NCBI GenBank assembly: GCA_043228905.1
Contig: JBHGNT010000006.1
Location: 6,572,001-6,636,000, forward strand
DNA from: Azolla caroliniana
Lineage: Eukaryota > Plantae > Polypodiophyta
Direction of reading: 5' to 3'
Length of the DNA stretch: 64,000 nucleotides
Shown piece by piece: positions 51,733-64,000 of this stretch. Under the pieces are notes generated by a model. The model ran no database searches, was not told the DNA's origin, and saw nothing but the letters and a program-made list of their open reading frames with translations. Position 1 is the first letter of the stretch; the number at the start of each line of letters is the position of its first letter. A program made the position numbers and the translations under genes.

Positions 51733-53672
51733 AGATACCTCACAACATTGGAATGGGGGTTTAATCGAGAAAGGATAAACCATTTTTCTTCCTTTTGTTT
51801 AAGGCAATCCATCCGAATCTATTTGCTCTCATATTCTAATGAGGCTTTAAATGTGGTGCTGGCTAATAGCGAGCAGTACGTACGTACATACATATCAGGC
51901 ACTCGGTCATGGTGCCATAAGTACTTCATAGGCTTTGTTTGTGAAAGGTGTTTCTGTATGTAATAGACTGATTATATAGCTCACATAGCTCTTCTTGGGT
52001 ACTGTTATCAGATTTGGTGTTTCTTTATGCATCACTCTACTGGTCTAATGGCTTATGTAGCTTTCCTTTTTATATTTTCGATTATTGGTATGAATTCATG
52101 ATATTTGATTAATGACTCAATAACCCCACTGTCAATTTTATTCAAATTGTTTTGCACTGTACAGAATTATTATTTGTCTGCTTGAATTGCTAGAAACATG
52201 GTTCCTTTTTGTATATTACAACGAAGCTAGGGCAAGCTTAAATATCCCTCTAGGAGGATACTAGTGTGGAATGTCTGTCTATATATTAGTCTATTATTTC
52301 TTGTCTTTACGCGAAGAGTGTATTCATATTGGAAACATCTTTATAGTCAAGAGAATAAATATTACGAGGGGGATAACGTCTGAGTTTCTATGAGTGATGC
52401 TTGTTCAGGATTTGTTCACAAGAAGAATGAAAGGCATGAAATGAGCATGATCTTTTGGCACGCCAAAAAGTTACATTGTATGTTGATATTTTGTGGGGTA
52501 CTATGTTGTGCCAAGTCTCCATTTAGGTATTCCATGGACTGGGATTAATGAAGTTTATGTGGTTTACTTATATTGGGTAGTATAAAATATAGAGTCTGGG
52601 TCATAAACATCCACCTCCTATCTAGTGTTTAAGATCCTAAGTATTGAGCTTGGAGAATAATTTATTACAATTGAAAATCTCTCTATCAATATATTAGTCT
52701 TATCACCTCCTATCTTCATACTAAGTGTATTTATCCTTTTTTTGGAAAAAAGTCTATTTATCTTGGAAATATATATATGGTGAAGAGATTAAACATGGGG
52801 AATATCTTTATTACAAAGAGATTAAAGACTCTACACATCTTCGTACCAAAAGGATTAACAAAAAACAATGTCAATATGCATCTTCATAATCGAAAGAGTA
52901 CTAACGCAACAAATACTCTACATGTATCACTAATGTTGTAGAGTCCATTCTATGCCAAGGCCCCAATGTTTGTGACAAGCATAGGCTTTAGAGTAACTTT
53001 TCAAATCAAAGTAGGATTCTTAAGTCAAACTCTCATGATGGGATCCATATTATTTGCGGGTGAACTAGTTCTTCAATGAAATGATGCCTTGTAGATGGCA
53101 AGAGTGCATATTTTTTCTGTGGCAATCATGAGAATATAATAAACATTAAAGCCAAGAGGAATCAATTGAAATTAGTGTGTAATCTACTTGGACATGTAAG
53201 AATGATGGTTTTGTCTTGCATTAACCTCCCATTCGTTCTGAAGCAAATACACCTATGTGTGACGTTGTCGAAGGGACATTTTAACAAAAATATTCTTCAT
53301 ATACATATGTCAAGAACTTTACAGATATTTCAATCATTACAAGAGCGAAATACACTTTAAGTGGGCATAGAATATATTCTATATGCCATTCACCCACAAA
53401 ACATAATCTTATCCAAGACTAAATTGTACCTAATAAAGTGAGTAATCAGTGCAACCACCATGGGCGGCACAGCAGGAGGAGATTGGCAGCAGTTAGAGGC
53501 GGTAATCTACAGATGTTAGAGGCGATTAGCTGCCAGCAATGGGGGATTAGTAGTGGTTATCTGTGATAATTGACCATCTGTGTCAATTAATGGTGGTTAT
53601 TGATCTTTACAATAACCGACAGTGGCAGCAGCAGTGGTTATGGGTTGTGAGTAGCAGCCATTTGACACCAAG

Positions 53673-54524
53673 CTATTGGCTCTCTGAGTATGTGCGATCG
53701 CAGTAATAGGAGTGGATGAAAGGGGTCAAGAGGCCCGAGCTGCCCCCAAAACAGATGGTGATGTGACATTTAGAGATGATATATGCATGGTGGGAGAAGA
53801 GTCCATTGGCGGTGCTGACGTGGCCAACAATGGTGACCGCTGATGTCAGCTGGAAAGCGGCGCTGGCAGTTGGTGGCATCGGCAGTTGGCTTGAATAAGC
53901 AGAAACAGAAACAGAAGAGGTCCCGGTTGCGGCATTAGTTGGAGAGGGTTGGCTAGAGTTATAGGAGGAGGAAAACACAGTTGTGGTGATTGGTGGGGGC
54001 GGTGATGGTTGATTGGAATAAGATAATGACGAAGAAACAGTTGGGGGTGGTTGGCTGGTAGTTGGTGGCGATTGAGCCGCACCAGTGGTTATGATGAAAG
54101 GAGAGGCGGCATCAACGGTAACAGTTGTGGTGCCCAACGATTGGGCAGGTACAGATGCCAATGAGATCGGCATGAAACCAATCTGGCGGTTGCTGTAGTA
54201 GAGACATGCACCGCTTCCCTCACTCACCCAGAAGACTCCTCTGTTAGGGTTATACAAAACCACTTGCAAATTCAACCTCACGTCCTCCACATGCACAGCC
54301 ACCGCCAATGCATCTGATGCCGTCGATCCCAGGTCTGATCTGACTGTCTTCAGCGATAGGAGTTGCATTGTGGGTAGCTGTAGTTGGGGATCTCTGGGCT
54401 TCCACACTGCAAAGTACAAAACTATGAATACAATTATGAGAGTTACCAGTATGGCCATACATAACAGACAGGCTGCTTGCCGCCACTCTTCATCCTCTCT
54501 CCGGCAATGCCCCCGTCTCCCCAT
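53673..54524 (-). CDS. LEA_2/NHL (HIN1-like) single-pass membrane protein with a Ser/Thr/Pro-rich insertion
   Basis: Intronless. Basic N-terminus, transmembrane helix AACLLCMAILVTLIIVFIVLYFAVWKPRDP, then YNPN, LYYSNRQIG and a C-terminal C.I.....C pattern. Confidence 0.85.
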   Translation of the reverse strand: MGRRGHCRREDEEWRQAACLLCMAILVTLIIVFIVLYFAVWKPRDPQLQLPTMQLLSLKTVRSDLGSTASDALAVAVHVEDVRLNLQVVLYNPNRGVFWVSEGSGACLYYSNRQIGFMPISLASVPAQSLGTTTVTVDAASPFIITTGAAQSPPTTSQPPPTVSSSLSYSNQPSPPPPITTTVFSSSYNSSQPSPTNAATGTSSVSVSAYSSQLPMPPTASAAFQLTSAVTIVGHVSTANGLFSHHAYIISKCHITICFGGSSGLLTPFIHSYYCDRTYSESQ

Positions 54525-54630
54525 TCTCTCTCTCTCTCTCTCTATGCACACACACAAAACATATACATGTACATTTATATACACACATATATAACATATG
54601 TGTGATAAATTAATTATTAACAAAGAACTC

Positions 54631-54669
<39 letters not shown>

Positions 54670-54735
54670 CACACACATATATATACATACGTACACATAG
54701 ATATAATATATATGTATGGGATAAATTAATTATTA
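54522..54735. repeat. Duplicated ATG/(GA)n/(TG,TA)n leader unit upstream of the LEA_2 gene
   Basis: cattctctctc...tat(g/a)cacacaca...ataaattaattatta occurs twice (about 54522 and about 54633). Confidence 0.7.
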
Positions 54736-55706
54736 CCAGATAAAGTGCGTGATAACAACGTGTTACCTTTCCTTAGCTTTGATAGTATAATTACCTTCTA
54801 ATGAACATCCTTTTGGTGATGCCATAGACTTTGCCTTGAAGATTAAAGGAAGTTTTTCTCCACCCCACCCCACTCTCCCTCCCTTTTCTTCATGATTGTG
54901 TCTTCCACACACATCTCTCTCTACTACTTTTGGATGTTTAAAAAGTACCTATCTATATACAACTTTTTAATTTTAATCATTTTAGTACTTCTGTCAATGA
55001 TTGTATTCTGCGTAAAGCATTCCTTTGCTGGTTGCCTTTTACACACATGGAACCATATAAACATCATACATTCTGGACATTACCCTAAAACCATGTAAAA
55101 GCTCCTTCTTACCTTGTGTATCTTTCATGGTACATCCAACTTTCATTGGAGCTTTCTTTGCTACTCCCCACATGCTCTTTCCTTGTACATTTTTCCATCT
55201 CTTTACAAGATTGACCAAAATTTTACATATTTTTTCACTTAAAAGGAGGCATCGATGGTGGGAACCAAGGGAAAGGGGACTACCCACCAGTGTCTTACAA
55301 GACAAAAAGTTTCGACCACTTACAACCTATAGTATTGTGAAAGTTTTGAATTTGACTGCTCCAAAGAAGAGTACCCTTTGCAGACCCCTCTAGTAACATG
55401 CCCCTTTATATTATAACACACTCATCTGAAATAGAGTCATTCCATGACAAGCTATCATCTGGAAATCAGTGTATTTATCTTATAGCAATGTACTTGGATA
55501 GCATTACTGGTCCTGCTATGAATTAACAACGTTCTTTTCATCAAACTTGGGAGGTCAACAATTGTGATATTCTTGTAAAATACCAGTGCTCTTTTGAAGC
55601 CCTAATGATAGGCCTTCCTTGTATCCAATAATATCTTAATACATGGAAGGGAGCATGGCATGGTTATCAACATAATAATTACATAAGGTGATTTCCTGAA
55701 CCCAGC

Positions 55707-57969
55707 TTAGTCCTGACATCCAGATTTTCTATCTTCAAACACATGAAGTTTGTTCAAGTTTCTGATCATAATTTTCCGCTTCTCTATTTTTGAGACTAAT
55801 GATGTGGTATGACAACAATCATCACAGATACACATGCAACTCAGATGTATCGTTTCATCATTGGATGTATTGATGAGAGCACATGCAATGGCCAGATTCA
55901 CACCATGCCCACATTGCAGATCTATCCTTGGATCATCTAAAATTCTCGGCAAGATTGGGTTCTCTGTTAAATAGAATTCTTTTCGTGATATTTCATGGGA
56001 AATAGCAGCTAATTTTGCATATGTATCTTTACTTTGAGAATGCTTGTTATTGCCAGAACAAAATGAATGAACGTTTCCACTCGCATCAACCCAAACGGTA
56101 ATTCCTTGCTTATTCCATGAAGAATATGTATATTCTCGCCTCATAGCTTCAACTTTCTCCGCATCTTGTTGCATGCCAGCAGCAGCAAAAATATTAGCCA
56201 TAAGAATATAAGCTGAAGCACAAGTATTATCTAATTGTATAGCTTGATCAAAGACTAATTTCCCGAGCTTCACGTTCGCCCACTTTCTGCAGGAACCTAA
56301 TAATACATGCCAAACAGCGGGATAATCAGGAGAAGGCATCTTTTTAATCTGAGATGCTGCCTTATCAAACTGCCCTGCACATCCAAAAGCCATCACCATG
56401 CAAGTATAATGCTCCAAATTTGGATGAATACCATATTTTGTTCTCATGCTTTCAAACAGTATTTCAGCGTCATTCAATAGTCCCGCGTGACTACATGCAC
56501 TCAGAACACATAAGAATGTAACTTCATCAGGAGAAATGCCTTCCTTCAGCATCTGTTCTAAACAGTTAAGTGCTTCCTTACCTTGGCCTTGTTGGGCATA
56601 ACCTGTAATTAATGCATTCCAACATGCTACATTTCTCCTAGGGAGCTCTTCGAGCACTTCTTGTGCTTTCGCAAGGATACCACATTTGGCATACATATCC
56701 ACCAATGCAGTTCCAAGCAAAACATCTCTTTCCAACAATCCTTTTTTCACAATCTCTTCCTGAATTTGTTTGCCCTTGTCTACAGCTCCCGCACTGCCAC
56801 AAGCCTTCAAAATTGAAGTGAATGTGATTGCATTTGGCGAGAAGCCCTCCCTTTTCATCTGTTCCCAGCAATCTAATGCTTCATGACCCTGCCCCTGTTG
56901 GGCATATCCAGCAATCAATGCAGACCAAGAGACTACATTTCGCACATGAAGAGACTTGAGCACTTTGCATGCTTCCGCAAGCATACCACATCTTGCATAC
57001 ATATCGACAAGAGCATTCCCAAGCACAATGTCCTTATCTAGCAAATTGCCTCTGTTGATAATCTCACCATGGATCTGTAAACCTTCTTCTATAGCTCCAG
57101 TGGGGCCACACACCTTCAGGATGCAAATGAAAGTTACCACATCAGGAAAGAAGCCCTCGCTTTGCATCAATCGATAACAGTGTAATGCTTCATGATCTTT
57201 CCCCTTCTCAGCATATCCTGAAAGTAATGCATTCCAAGAGACTATATTTCGAATGGGCAATTCTTCAAGAGCTTTTCGTGCTTTCTCTAGTAGCCCACAT
57301 TTGGCATACATATCCACCAAAGCAGTACCAAGCATAACATCATTTTCAAACAAACCTCTAGACATAATCTCTTCATGCATTTTTTCACCCATTTCTTTAT
57401 CCTTCGTAGTACCACAAGCCTTCAACATGCAAATGAAGGTAACCGCATCAGGAGAGAGACCCTCCTTTTCCATGCCCTCGAAACAATTCAATGCCTCATG
57501 AGCTTTTCCATACTCTACATACCCTCCAATCAATGCATTCCATGTGACAACATCCCTGAATGGAAGCTCATCGAGCACTTGTTGTGCTTTCGCAAGCATA
57601 CCACATTTGGCATACATACTAATAACTGTACAAGATAGGTAAGGGTTATTATCTAATAAACCCTTCTTCACAACAACGTCATGTAACTTGATACCTGTAC
57701 ATAGATCTTTCTTCTTGCCACAATCCTTGAGTGAGGACACAAAAGCATCATATTCTCTATGATTACCGTCGTTACTCTCCTCTTTATCCATTTTCATTAT
57801 CTCTCCAAGCTCAATTGGTCTTCCTCGTCTTCTAATCTCTTCAGTGACCCAAGAAGGATTGTGGCATCCATGGACCCATAAAGACACATACGTGATTTTG
57901 TGTCTAAAGTCGGGGGAATTTGAGCTTCTCTGTATCAAAACAGAATATGTATATATCTCTGTTTCTGTG

Positions 57970-58028
<59 letters not shown>

Positions 58029-58190
58029 CTCACTCTTTCTTTCTTTCTTTTTTCCTCAAAGGCTTGATCGCCTCACCTTGGTGAAACGGACATCATTCCA
58101 CAGACAAGGATCTTTGAAGAAGGATCGCCATGAGAGGTCCATCTTCTGACACGACCTATTTGATGTGCAAGGTCTCGACGCCATAGCCAT
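55707..58190 (-). CDS. PLS-class PPR protein with E domains and a degenerate DYW (WW-like) domain
   Basis: Long exon 57929-55707 with repeated LVDMYAKCG / RNVVSWNALI.GY / PD.VTF...LKAC triplets. A plausible first exon 58190-58077 (MAMASRPC...RFTK|gtgagg) splices in phase 0 across a (GA)n intron. An alternative ATG lies at 57797. Confidence 0.92.
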
Positions 58191-59470
58191 TATTAGCAGA
58201 GGAGGATGACAAAAATCTGGTATGGCTTGGTTGTCTGTCTTTACAAGCTTCTCTAGTGGTCGGTCATGGGTTCGAATCTTACCGATGACACAAACGCTTC
58301 CTCATAACATTTATTGCTTATAGAGTCACCATAGACTTTCGGACAGAATTCCAGAATATGATTTGCCTTTTCCTTTAGTTCCGATTCCCAAACACCTTCT
58401 GGCTGAGAAGGGATGATTTTGGCACAAAATGGCAAGTCTAATTGATTTCATGGAATTTGTCCAATACCATTATTTGAGTGGGGGGGTGTCACGTTTCGAT
58501 ATATTTTTCCCCGCGTTGCAATCATATCGACTTGAAAAGATTGTGCTTTGCAACCCTATGGTAGTCGTTCCGAGTCTCAATTGATTGTGTTTGATGGTTG
58601 CATTCTCAGAGCAAAATCCTTGTTATTCTAAATAGACATCAATCATCACACATGATAATCAAGCATGTGTCATGGTGTTGTGCCATGTACAGTGAGATTT
58701 GGTTTGCGCACCACACCATATGATGTGACATGGTCGAATACGATGACAAAAGAAATCTCAATGCATGAAAAAGTACTTCCTTTTATTCCTCTTCTTTTTT
58801 GGGTTGTCATGTTTTAGTCGCCACGTGCAAGTATTATGCATTGTGCAAATCACATGAAGATGGCATTCATTCGATAAAGATAGACTCTTTATGAACTTGT
58901 TAACATTGTATATGTTGTGCACATCACACATGCTACTTTAATCAGTGGCATTTTCAAGCGAATCGAATGATGCATAGTATTGTATCAAAGCGAGATAGAG
59001 AAACACAAAAGTTGTCCACCAATTGCGGTAATGTCCTCCCTTCTCCCTTTTTGGGAGGACCTAAGTTCAAACTTAACGTGGGATTCAAGCCCATCTTGAT
59101 CAAACTGGGTTTCCTATGGTGGGCGTTGATAATCAATTTATCCACACATCTCTCATTCCTAATGAACACAATGCCAACATAAGAAAGGAGTAGATTGGAG
59201 CCGATGGGTAAAATGATCACTATATGCATGCTGACTATCATAAGACCTATCATAAGACACATGCTAGTGGGGACTAATGGTATACATTTGACATGGTGGA
59301 GAAATGGACGAAAATCAAAGTATACATCCCAACGCTCTTCTGTCACAAATTATTGGATTTGTGTGGTCGTCAAGAGACACATAGATCAACAATCGTCCAT
59401 CACGAGGGGTAGCAAATCAAGTCCACAACTAACTATGTCTATATGTTTGAGGTGTGTATAATATATATAT

Positions 59471-59817
59471 CGTGACGAACGAATACACATAATCTTGTGA
59501 GTATTTTATACATAATGTATGTATATATACGTACGTATAAATAAATGACCACAAACTCTTTCATTACATACATATCGCGACGAACAAATAAACATCGTCG
59601 TGTGAGTATTTATTTATACGCAATGCATATACATACCTATAGTATAGATGAATGATCACCAACTCCTTCGTTCTTCTTACATACATATATGTATGTATGT
59701 ATGTATGCATGTACATATGGCGACGAACAAATACATCGTCGTATGCGTATTTATGCGTAATGTATAGACATACGTATACGGTATAAATACATGTTACAGC
59801 AACTCCTTCGTTCTTCG
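59471..59817. repeat. Three degenerate 105-145-bp repeats immediately upstream of CFAP206
   Basis: gacgaac(g/a)aata...tg(a/c)gtattt...aactc(c/t)ttc at about 59471, 59576 and 59719. Confidence 0.75.
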
Positions 59818-59847
59818 TCCTCTTCCTTCCGTATCAGGGAGAAGGAT

Positions 59848-62800
59848 ATGGCGGAATCAGAAGACACCGTGCGATCCATGGTCCAGGAAGTTGTTCGCGT
59901 CTATCGCGATGGATTGGCAATGGTCTCCCCAGAACGCCCTTTCCTGACTGAGATGGCATGGTTTCTTGTCCAAGCTACATGCCTGCAGCGGTAAGTGTAT
60001 GTTCTCTTTTTCCTCTTCTTTTGAATCTCTCCGTGTTTCAAGATAGAGATGGCATGGTTGGTTATCCAAAGCACATACATGCAATTACTAGTCTATATTA
60101 TCATCTTCTTGAATCTCTCTTGGTTTCAAGAAACATTTTTTGATCACCCGTGTAGAAGACCTTCGCTATTTTTCTTTGCTCGTTCTTTGATTCAAAAACG
60201 TTTTGTTACACCATTATTCCTTCTGATAATTCCTCTTCTTGGAAGTTTTTTAACAATCAAGAAGATTTTTTCATTTTTTTTGTTCCTACTGCAAGTACTA
60301 TATTTCTAGAATCCAACAACATTTTCTAAACGCTTATCAGGAAGAACTCTTTTTTTCTTAGTGATTGTCTATTCATTGTGATCTGCTAACGATTCAGGAA
60401 CATACCATTACAAAGTCATTCATTTTTTAATCGGGTTCCTTCTGATTTTTACATCTGCCTAAACACAGGTCCCAAACGGATGTAAAATCAGTGTCTTCTG
60501 GTGAGATCATAGAGAAATGTGTGAAATTGCTGAAATTAAAGGATTATCCTGTCATTGAAACTATTCAATTACAGGTGAGAGAATATTCTACTACGTCCAA
60601 CTTGAAAATTTACTTGAAAAACCTAAAATGTATACATTTGTAAACAAGCAGCTTAATAGCAAGCATCAAGCTGATGTTCTGGAGTCTCTCAGTTCTCTGT
60701 TATTCCTTGCAAATGATGTGCTCTGAATCCTGATATCACTAACCTATTCTTACACTCAAAGGAAGAGATAAAATGGAGAAATTCTTAGTTATTATCCATT
60801 GAAATGTCAGAAAAGAATGATTTCTTGAGATTTCATCTCGTGCTCAAACAGGAAAAAAAGAATTTTTCTTGAGATTTCTTCTCGTGCTCAAACAGGAAAG
60901 ATTGAAAGAGAGAAAATAAAGTATTTTTGTTTTATTCTTGTCCATCGTATATGATAAAAATAATGATGCCTTCAGCCTTATTTTCACCTCATTCTCTTTC
61001 AAAAACAGAAGAGATAAAAGAGAAAATTTTATACTATCACTGTATACTAGTAGAAAGAATGGGATTCCAAGCTTTATTTTCACACGCAAAAGGGAAAATG
61101 TGGAAAAAAACAAAAAGATATATTTATTTAATATCTAATTGGAAAACCAGAACTAGTCTCCAGCTATATTGTTGCCCCCAAAAGGAAGAGAGGGAAAGTG
61201 TCAAGCATTATGCTTAGTCTTGAAAAGATAAGATAAAAATTACATTCGTATACTTTTATACCACATTAGAGAAAGAATGATGTGTTGAATTTTGCCCTCA
61301 TTCTTTCTATCAAAAATAAAGAGAGGAAACAAAAGAAAAAAACACATATGTTTTTACTTTACCCATTTTTGCCAGAAATTTTTATTTGAACACCTTGCAT
61401 TGACATGTTCTGACAAAACTGATAGACTCAAAGTGTTATAAACTTGCTTAGAAACCTCTTGGTTTTTTTACTAAGAAGTATTTGTGATACACATACAACC
61501 ATAATTGCCTTGAAATTTAAAAGAGCAATGATGGACATGCTTCTTAATATAACAGCATTTGCATGACAGTGTTTATTGAACTTTTCTGTGGGTTAGTAAA
61601 TCCATCAAGTTTTGAAATAAGTCATAACAATTTTGATTTATTTTTCTATTGGGTAGGTCAACATTTATGCACTTATGTTCATGCATGAAAGGAGGCTAGC
61701 AAAAGAAGAACATACACATATGAGGTGTTGTGAAGACTACTTAAATTGGATATTGAAAACTCGTGTAAGTATTATATCCTGAAGGTTTTTTTGTCCGAAA
61801 TCAAAGTGAGTACATTTTTTTTTTGGTTTAAAGAAGATAGATCCTTTTCCATTTTCAAGAATGAAACTATTGCTCATCAAATAACCTTCGTGATGATCAA
61901 GCTTTTGGGAATCTGCATGCACAAGTGGGTTCAAATTAGCCCATAACAATCAATATCATACAAGTTAATGGAAATGCAAAGAACATGAACCTTTGCTTCA
62001 TGACATGTGTGAGACTCTTCATGAAGTTATAATGGCTGTAATTCTTAATTACTATTTGTATAATGCCACAGGTTTATTGCATCTCTCACTTCTCCTCGAA
62101 TTGATTTTGTATTACTTCTAATTATTTTTTCAAATGCTTAGGACACAAAATTCTTGTTTCAAACTCAGATGCTTTTACCAGTACTCATTATTTTGTAGAC
62201 TTATATTTATTCGCATATCTATTTTCTGGGCAATGTCCTGATGGAGCTGATGAAGATTCAATTTATTACAGGTCTATGATAGAAGAGAGATGTCCACTGC
62301 AGTAGATGAACTACACAAACTTGTTGTGAATTTCCTGAAGGAAACTAGTAAACGAATTGATGAAGATATGTCTGTTTTGCATAATGAAGACGAGATAAGC
62401 ACTGCTATTGATAGCATATTTCCAAGAACAGGATTTCTTTGTTGGATGAATCTGTCAGATGTTGAAAAAGCCACACAAATGCTCGAGCTCTCTAATATTG
62501 TGCCTGGTATCCGTGCATATAATAGGTGTGTAACTGTAGCCATATTTTAAAAGCATAGCTATTGTTTATTACTGTTATCCTATCATGGGGTTTTATTATG
62601 ATTGCTCAAATTTCTTGTCTGAGCTAAGAACTTCGCTCTTCAGATTGAAAGGGAAAAGCCATACTGTCTGCCAGGATATCTTTCATATTTTTGACAATGA
62701 AGTCCAAAGTCTAAAGAATACAGTGGAAGATGAGTTTAAAAATATCACCGAAAGATCAGTTTCATATGCAAAATTTCTTACGTCACATATTGATAATTTG

Positions 62801-63361
62801 GGCACTCATCATGTGTTGATTCAGCGGCTGCGTGATGAACTCAATTATGACTTACAGTTATCCTCATTCTTCCAAGATATCCGTACTGTCATAATGGAGA
62901 TGCATCTTAAAATGGAAAAACTATCTGAAAAATTCTGCGAACAACTGGAAATCCTTGAAGCCACAATTGGTTCACAAACATGTGTTCCCAATGAGTTTGT
63001 ATGCATTTTATTAGAAGAAAAAGAAAGTAGTAATGGAAATGAACTTGTCCATTTGCCACTAGAACCCTTTCTCCACTCCTATGGTATGTCTTAAGAATTT
63101 GTGTGGTTTCTGATTTAGGTCTTTCCAGAGTTCCAAAGTGTTGGTTTGTTGCAAAGAAGTGCATCAAAAGAGCTAAGGAGATTAAGGGTTCAAACGGAAA
63201 TAGTACAAGAACTATGTACATTATCGAAAAAACCAGCATTTGAGAGAACTCCAGTTGGTTTAGCTAGCATCACAACAGATTGTGGCTTTTCAAAACTGGA
63301 AATAATTGTGGATAACTGTGGCTTTTTACCACCTAATATGTATACAACTAATGCTGCTCAG
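59848..63361 (+). CDS. CFAP206: Cilia- and flagella-associated protein 206 (5' part; gene continues beyond the window)
   Basis: Exons 59848-59990, 60469-60574, 61657-61764, 62272-62525, 62644-62998 and 63119-63361 splice in frame. Translation YPVIETIQLQV, EISTAIDSIFP...EKATQMLELSNIVPGIRAYNR and IGSQTCVPNEFVFPEF parallels CFAP206 as recalled (PSLDTIKMQV; ALQSVFP...LKELTMIVTGIRLFNR; AVPTSQVFPIF). Confidence 0.85.
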
Positions 63362-63450
63362 GTAATTATTGGAAAATCACTGTGTGCAAGAGCATGAAAT
63401 TTAATGTTGCCTCTTGATGTGGTTCTTAGTCATCCCTGTAGTTCCATCTC

Positions 63451-63945
63451 CTCCCATTTATCTACATTTTATCTTTATCCTATGAAATGTGTTAGGGAAA
63501 AACTCCACATTATTTAGGGAATACAGTTATTTCCCCATACATCCCCCAAAATTTGTTGCTGTTTCCCAGATCGACCTTAGCCTCCTCTTTAGAGAGAAAA
63601 AGTGGTTGAATAAACTCCCCAAAACCCATATTTTCCTTCATTTCCCCAAATTATTCTGGTCAACTGTCCCCAGCAACAGCTCCCATTTATCTACATTTTA
63701 TCTTTATCCTATGAAATGTGTTAGGGAAAAACTCCACATTATTTAGGGAATACAGTTATTTCCCCATACATCCCCCAAAATTTGTTGCTGTTTCCCAGAT
63801 CGACCTTAGCCTCCTCTCTAGAGAGAAAAAGTGGTTGAATCGAGATATAATTGCTCAAATAGCTCTTAAAACTGTTGCTGGGGACAGTTGACCAGAATAA
63901 TTTGGGGAAATGAAGGAAAATATGGGGTTTGGGGAGTTTATTCCC
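63451..63945. repeat. Direct plus inverted repeat complex (MITE-like) in a CFAP206 intron
   Basis: About 160-bp direct repeat (63451-63611 and 63680-63840) plus an about 70-bp inverted pair (63608-63679 and 63872-63943). Confidence 0.85.
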
Positions 63946-64000
63946 AATTATTTTGTGGCCTAATTTTCTGCAGTGTTATGTCACATTGTTTTTTACTCAT

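Noticed and set aside
54525-54698. ERERER N-terminal extension of the LEA_2 ORF
   Set aside because: It derives from (GA)n and (TG)n leader repeats; typical NHL architecture begins at ATG 54524.

Overview
AT-rich eukaryotic (land plant) nuclear DNA. The likely source is a compact-genome fern or another seed-free plant; this is an inference from a CFAP206 flagellar gene and a WW-like PPR-DYW gene. I could reconstruct nine protein-coding genes by hand: a GH9 endoglucanase (8 exons, one GC-AG intron), cyclin T1, an intronless Sec14/nodulin-type protein, a GH5 endo-beta-mannanase, a caprin-like RGG protein, a TOG/ARM-repeat protein, an LEA_2/NHL protein, a PLS-PPR with a degenerate DYW domain, and the 5' part of CFAP206. 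Between the genes lie decayed LINE and LTR fragments, two PPR pseudogene fragments, microsatellites and many short tandem duplications (73-255 bp). The main leads are: (1) an array of degenerate copies of the exon-1/5' splice-site unit in cyclin T intron 1, including a candidate poison exon; (2) a PPR whose DYW deaminase lacks the catalytic Glu; (3) a probable Sec14 retrogene whose C-terminal Nlj16-like module is duplicated with its own stop codon. There are no prokaryotic features, CRISPR arrays, rRNA or recognisable tRNA. Family calls come from motif recall, not database searches, and exon boundaries are manual predictions.
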